NCBI RefSeq assembly: GCF_009914755.1
Contig: NC_060940.1
DNA: 64,000 nucleotides
Reading direction: 5' to 3' (one strand)
From: the human T2T-CHM13v2.0 reference genome, Homo sapiens
The notes beneath the pieces are model-generated. The model made no database searches. It was not told the DNA's origin and was given only the letters and a program-made list of their open reading frames with translations. This document shows positions 58,301 to 64,000 of this stretch, piece by piece; positions within the stretch are counted from its first letter, which is position 1; the number at the start of each line of letters is the position of its first letter. The position numbers were made by a program, and so were the translations under genes.

Positions 58301-61300
58301 CCATTCAATCATTCCATTCGAATCTATTCAATGATGATTCCATTCATGTCGATTTGGTGATTCCATTTGACTTCATTTGATGATGATTCCTTTCAAGTTC
58401 ATTAGATGATTCCATTCGATTCCATTTGATGATGATCCCATTCGAGTCCATTCAGTGATTCCACTCGTTTCCATTCCATGATGATTCCATTCCATTCCAT
58501 GCAATGATTCCATTCGATTCCGTTTGATGATGATTTCATTCGAGTCCATTTGATGATTCCATTTGATTCCATTCGATGATGATTCCATTCGAGTCCATTC
58601 GATGATTCTATTCGAATCCATTTGATGATTTCTTTTGATTATAGTTGGTGATGATTCCATTGGAGTCCATTCAATGATTCCATTCGATTCCAATCGATGG
58701 TGATTCCATTAGAGTCCATTTAATGATTCCATTTGATTCCAGTCTCTGATGATTACATTCGAGTCCATACGATGATTCCACTCAATTCCATATGATGATG
58801 ATTCCATTCGATTCCATTCGATGATTCCATTCTATTCTATTCAATGGTGATTCCATTCGAGTACATTAGATGATTCCATTCGATTCCATTCAATGATGAT
58901 TCTATTTGTGTCCCTTAGATGATTCCACATGATTCCATTAGATGATGATACTATTTGAGCCCATCCAATGATTCCCTTCGATTCCATTCGATGAGGATTC
59001 CATTCGATTCAATTCATTGGTGATTCTATTCAATTCAATTCTTTGATTCCATTCCATTCCATTCCACAATGATTCCATTCGATTTCTTTCGATGATTCCA
59101 CTCGATTCCACTTGACATTGATTCCCTTCGATTCCATTCAATGATTCCATTTGATTCCAGTGGATGATGATTGCCATCGATTCCATTTGATCACTCCATT
59201 CTATTCCACTTGATGATGATTACATTCGATTCCATTTGACGATTCCATCTGATTCTATTCGAGGATTCCATTTGATTCCATTCGATGATGATTCCATTCG
59301 AGTCCATTCGATGATATCATTCGAATACATCCAATGATTCCATTCGAGTCCATTTGATGATTCCATTTGATTCCATTTGATAATGATTCTACTAGAGTCC
59401 ATTCAATGACTCCATTGGAGTCCATTCAACAATTCCATTCGACTCCATTTGATGATTCCATTGGATTCCATTTGATGATTCCATTCGAGTCCATTTAATC
59501 ATTACAGTCGAGTCCATTTGGTGATTCCACCGGATTTCTTTTGATAATGATACCATTCAATTACATTTGATGATGATCCCATTCAATTTCATTTGATGAT
59601 GATTCCATTAGAGTCCATTCGATGATTTCATTCGAGTCCCTTCATTGATTCCATCCGATTTCATTGGATGATGACTCCATTCGAGTCCATTCGATGATTC
59701 CACTCGATTCCATTAGATGATTCCATTGGAGTCCATTTCATTGTTCCATTCGATTCCATTCGATTCCTTTCGAAGATTATTCCATTTGAGTCCATTCGAT
59801 GATGATTCCATTCCATTCCATTCGATGATTCCGTTTGATTCCATTCGATGATTCCCTTCGATTCCTTTCTTTGATGATTCCATTCCATTCCATTCAATGA
59901 TTCCATTCGAATCTATTCCATGATGATTCCTTTCGATTCCATTCGCTGATGTTTCCGTTCAATTCCATTCGATGATGATTCCATTCGATTCCATTCATTG
60001 AGGATTCCATTTGATTCCATTCAATGATGATTCCGTTCTATTCCATTCAATGATTGCATTCAATTCCATTCAGTGATTATCCCCTTAGAGTAAACTCAAC
60101 GATTCCATTCAATACCATTCGATGATGATTCCTTTTGAGTCCATTCAATGATTTCATTCAAGTCCATTTGATGATTCCTTTCAATTCCATTCTATGATGA
60201 TTCCATTCGAGTCCATTCGATGATTCCATTCGATTGCATTCGATGATTCCATTATATTCCAGTCAACGATGATTCCATTCGAGTCCATTCGATGATTCCA
60301 TTAGAGTACATTTAATGATTGCTTTGTTTTCAATTCGAAGATGATTACATTGGATTCCATTCTATGATACCATTCGATTCCATTCAATGATGATTCCACT
60401 CAAATCCATTGGATGATTCCATTCGTGTCCATTCGGTGATTTCATTAGATTCCATTCGAGGATGATTCCATTCGATTCCATTCGATGATTCCATTCAATT
60501 CCATTCGAGGATGATTCCATTCCAGTCCATATGATCATTCCATTTGATTTCATTCGATGATGATTCCATTCGATTCCATTCGATGATTCCATTCTATTCC
60601 ATTCGATGATGATTCCATTCGAGTCCATTCGATGATTCCATTCGAGTCCATTTAATGATTCCATTGGGTTCAATTCAATGATGATTACATTGGATTCCGT
60701 TCTATGATTCCATTCAATTCCGTTCATTGACAATTTGATTCCATTCGATGATGATTCCATTTGAGTTCATTCGATGATTCTATTCGATTCTCTTCGATGG
60801 TGATTCAATTCTATTATATTGGATGATTCCATTCGATTCCATTTGATGTTGATTCAATTCGATTCTATTCGATGATGATTCCATTGGATTTCACTTGATG
60901 ATTCTATTCGATTCCATTCAATGATGATTCACTTCTCGTCCATTGGATGATTCCATTTCATTCCATTCGATGATGATTCCATTCGATTCCATTCGATGAT
61001 TCCATTTGATTCCATGCGTCGGTGAGCAATTCGATTCAATTCCATGATGATTCTATTTGATTCAATTAGATGATGTTTCCATTCGAATCCATTCCATGAT
61101 TATTCCATTGGAATCCATTCGGCGATGATTCCATATGAGTCAATTCAATGATGATTCCATATGGGTCCGTTCGATGATAATTCCATTTGATTTCATTCGG
61201 TGCTTCTATTCAATTCCAGTCGATGATGATTCCGTTGGAGTCCATACGATGATTCCATTTGATTTCATTTGATGATGATTCCATTCGATGATGATTACAT

Positions 61301-61566
61301 TGGATTCCATTCTATGATTCCATTCAATTCCATTCGTTGATGATTCGATTCCATTAAATGATGATTCCTTTTGAGTTCATTCGATGATTCTATTCGATTC
61401 CGTTCGATGGTGATTCAATTCTCTTATATTGGATGAATCCACTCGATTCCATTTGATGATTATTCCATTGGAGTCCACTTAGTGAATCCTTCAGATTCTA
61501 CTCGAAGATGATTCCATTCAAGTCCATTCGATGATACCATTCAATTCCATTCGTTGATGCTTCCAT
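55357..61566 (+). repeat. HOR copy with 98-bp tandem duplication (6210 bp, variant Z)
   Basis: Spacing is 6210; attggatttgattcc occurs at 55681 and again at 55779. Confidence 0.88.
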
Positions 61567-64000
61567 TCAAGTGCATTCGATGATATCATTCGATTCCATT
61601 TGATGATAATTCCATTTGATTCCATGCGATGATTCTATTCGATTCCATTCAATGATAATTCCATTCAGTTCAGTGATTCCTCTGGACTCCATTTGATGAT
61701 GATTCCATTCAATGATTCCATTCGATTCTATTCGAAAATGATTCCATTTGAATCCATTTGATGATGATTCCATTAGATTCCATTTGATGATTCCATTCGA
61801 TTCCATGTGACGATGATTCCATTCGATTCCATGTGATGATTCCATTCTATTCTATTCGATGATGATTCCATTCGATTCCATTCGATGATGATTGGATTCG
61901 ATTCCATTTGATGATTTCATTTGATTCCATTCGTTAATGATTTCGATCAATTCCATTCGATGATTCCATTCGATTCCATTCGATAATGATTACATCCGTG
62001 TCCATTCAGTGATTCCATTTGAGCCTGTTCGATAATTCCATTTGAGTCCAACCAATGATTCCATTCATTTCCCTTCCATGATTCCATTCGAGTCCATTTG
62101 ATCATTCCGGTAGGGTCCATTCGATGTTGATTCCATTGGAGTGCATTCGATGATTCCATTCGAGTCCATTTTATGATTTGATTCGAGTTCTTTCGATGAT
62201 TCCATTCGATTCCACTCGATGATGATTTCATTCGAGTCCATTCGACACTTCCAATCGATTCCATTTGATGTTTCCATTCGAGTCCAATTGATGATTCCAT
62301 TCAATTCCATTCGATGATGATTCCGTACGATTCCATTCTGTGATGATTCCATGTGATTGCATTCAATGATGATTCCTTTAGACTGCATTCGATTGTGATT
62401 CATTTCGTCTTCATTCTATGGTTCCACAGGTTTCCATTCGTGTCCATTCCATTATTCCATTCTATTCCATTTGATGATGATTCCATTCGATTCCATTCAT
62501 TGGTGATTCCACTCAATTCCATTCAATGATTCCATTCCATTTCTTTCAACAATGATTCCATTAGTTTCTAATCGATGATCCACTTGATTCCATTTGACGA
62601 CGATTCCATTCTTGTCCATTCGATGATTCCATTTGATTCCATATGATGATGATTCCATTCGATTCCATACGATGATGATTCCATTCGAGTCCATTCAATG
62701 GTGATTCCATTCAATTCCATTCGATGATTCCTTTCGATTCCATTCGATGATGATGGCATTCGATTCCTTTCAATCATTCCCTTTGATTCCATTCAAAGGT
62801 GATTTCATTCAAGTCCATTCGATAATTGCATTCGATTCCATTCTATGATGATTCCATTCGAGTCCATTTGATGATTCCATTCAATTCAAGTCAATGATGA
62901 TTCCATTCGATTCCATTCGATGATTCCATTGGATTCCATTCGATGATGATTCCATTCAAATCCATTCGATAATTCAATTCAAGTCCATTCGATGATGATT
63001 AAAATCGAATCCATTCAAAGATTCCATTCAGTTCCATTCGATGATTCCCTTAGATTCCATTCGATGATTCCACTTGATTTCATTTACGATGATTCCATTC
63101 GATTCCATGTGATGATTCCATTCAATTCTATTCAATGCTGTTTCCATTTCTTTCCATTCGACCATGATTGCCTTTGATTCCATTCAATGACTCCATTCGG
63201 TTCCTTTTGATGATGATTCCGTTCGATTCCATTTCATTATTCCATTTGATTCCATTGGATGAGTCCATTCGATTACATTCGATGATTATTCCATTCGAGT
63301 GCATTAGATGATTCCATTCGAGTCCATTCGATGATTCCATTCGATTCCATTCGATGTTGATTCTGTTCAAATCCATTCGATGATTCCACTCGATTCCATT
63401 CGATGACTCCAGTTGATCCCATTCGATGATTTCCTTTGATTCCCTTTGATGATCATTCCATTTGATTCAATTCGGTGATTTCATTTGATTCCATTCAGTG
63501 ATGTTTCCATTCGACTCCATTCGATGATGATTCCATTCGACTCCATTCGATGATGATTCCATTCGACTCCATTCGATTATGATTTCATTCAATTCCATTC
63601 GATAATGATTCCCTTCGAGTCCATTCGATGATTCCATTCGATTCCATTCAACGATGATTTGATTCGTGTCCATTCGATGATTCCATTTGATTCCACTTGA
63701 TGATGATTCCATTCGAGTCCATTTGATGATTCCATTCAATTCCATTCTCCGATGATTTCTTTTGAGCCCACTCAATGCTTCCACTCGATTCCATATGATG
63801 ATGACTCCATTCGATGAAATTCGATGATGATTCCATTCGCTTGCATTCGATGATGATTCCACTTGAGTCCATTAGAAGATTCTATTCAATTACATTCCAT
63901 GACGATTCCGTTCGAGTCCATTTGATGATTCCATTAGACTCCATTCGACGATGATTCCATTCGATGTTATTCGATGATTCCATTCGATCTCATTCGATGA
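61567..64000 (+). repeat. Partial HOR copy (variant Z) with 26-bp monomer duplication, running off the window
   Basis: Colinear with 55357 onward and shares gattaaaatcg and gtcttcattc. An extra gactccattcgatgatgattccattc lies at ~63513-63564. Confidence 0.85.

Larger units (their letters stand above)
1..64000 (+). repeat. Human satellite II (HSat2/HSATII) tandem array, ~6.1-kb higher-order repeat, probably HSat2B (chr16 pericentromeric type)
   Basis: Continuous degenerate ATTCCATTCG/GATGAT(GAT) repeats with abundant CATTCGATTC, which distinguishes HSat2 from pure (CATTC)n HSat3. Rare words (ccggtaggg, ccgtacga, cttagtgaatcc, ggttccacagg) recur at 6112/6122-bp spacing. Orientation is the same throughout. 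Subfamily and chromosome are inferred from the known ~6.1-kb HSat2B periodicity. Confidence 0.96.

Noticed and set aside
56880-63177. Two identical plus-strand 61-aa ORFs (56880-57065, 62992-63177)
   Set aside because: These are chance ORFs in lineage Z copies exactly one unit (6112 bp) apart, with no coding evidence.
362-63872. Numerous 60-132-aa minus-strand ORFs (MESSNGIEWNH... repeats)
   Set aside because: They are direct translations of the GAATG/ATCATC strand, which is ATG-rich and stop-poor. They overlap in several frames, recur with the HOR, are freely broken by SNPs and show no recognisable domain.
1-64000. CRISPR-like or other repeat-spacer array
   Set aside because: There are no unique spacers between constant repeats and no cas-like genes; the sequence is continuous degenerate satellite.
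1-64000. Inversions, long hairpins or terminators (e.g. ccattcaatgg, ccaatggattcc at ~48870)
   Set aside because: Only 5-6-bp chance palindromes occur, and there is no switch to GAATG orientation anywhere in the window.
1-64000. HSat3 or alpha-satellite assignment
   Set aside because: Pure (CATTC)n runs are short and rare, CATTCGATTC with ATG spacers dominates, and no 171-bp monomer or CENP-B box was seen.

Overview
The whole 64 kb is tandem satellite DNA, with no genes, RNA genes, transposons or CRISPR arrays. It is a single-orientation (CATTC on +) classical human satellite II (HSat2/HSATII) array built from (ATTCCATTCG)2(ATG)1-2 23/26-bp monomers. These are organised into a ~6.1-kb higher-order unit (6112 or 6122 bp), which fits the HSat2B subfamily typical of chr16q11.2 pericentromeric heterochromatin; that placement is inferred from unit length, not mapped. 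A unit landmark (tcaagtgcatt[c/t]gatgatatc) recurs at 362, 5776, 11888, 13968, 20090, 25592, 26631, 27060, 33172, 39261, 45373, 49503, 55357 and 61567. Every spacing can be accounted for by specific indels, mostly at microhomologies: -708, -4042, +429/+429, -23, a 1831-bp foreign HSat2 island replacing 3832 bp, a multiply deleted copy (-258), +98 and +26. The copies fall into at least four variant lineages, and a 14,314-bp super-period is visible in the left half. All listed ORFs are by-products of the repeat. I find no support for a new protein- or RNA-coding system; the interest lies in satellite architecture and evolution.
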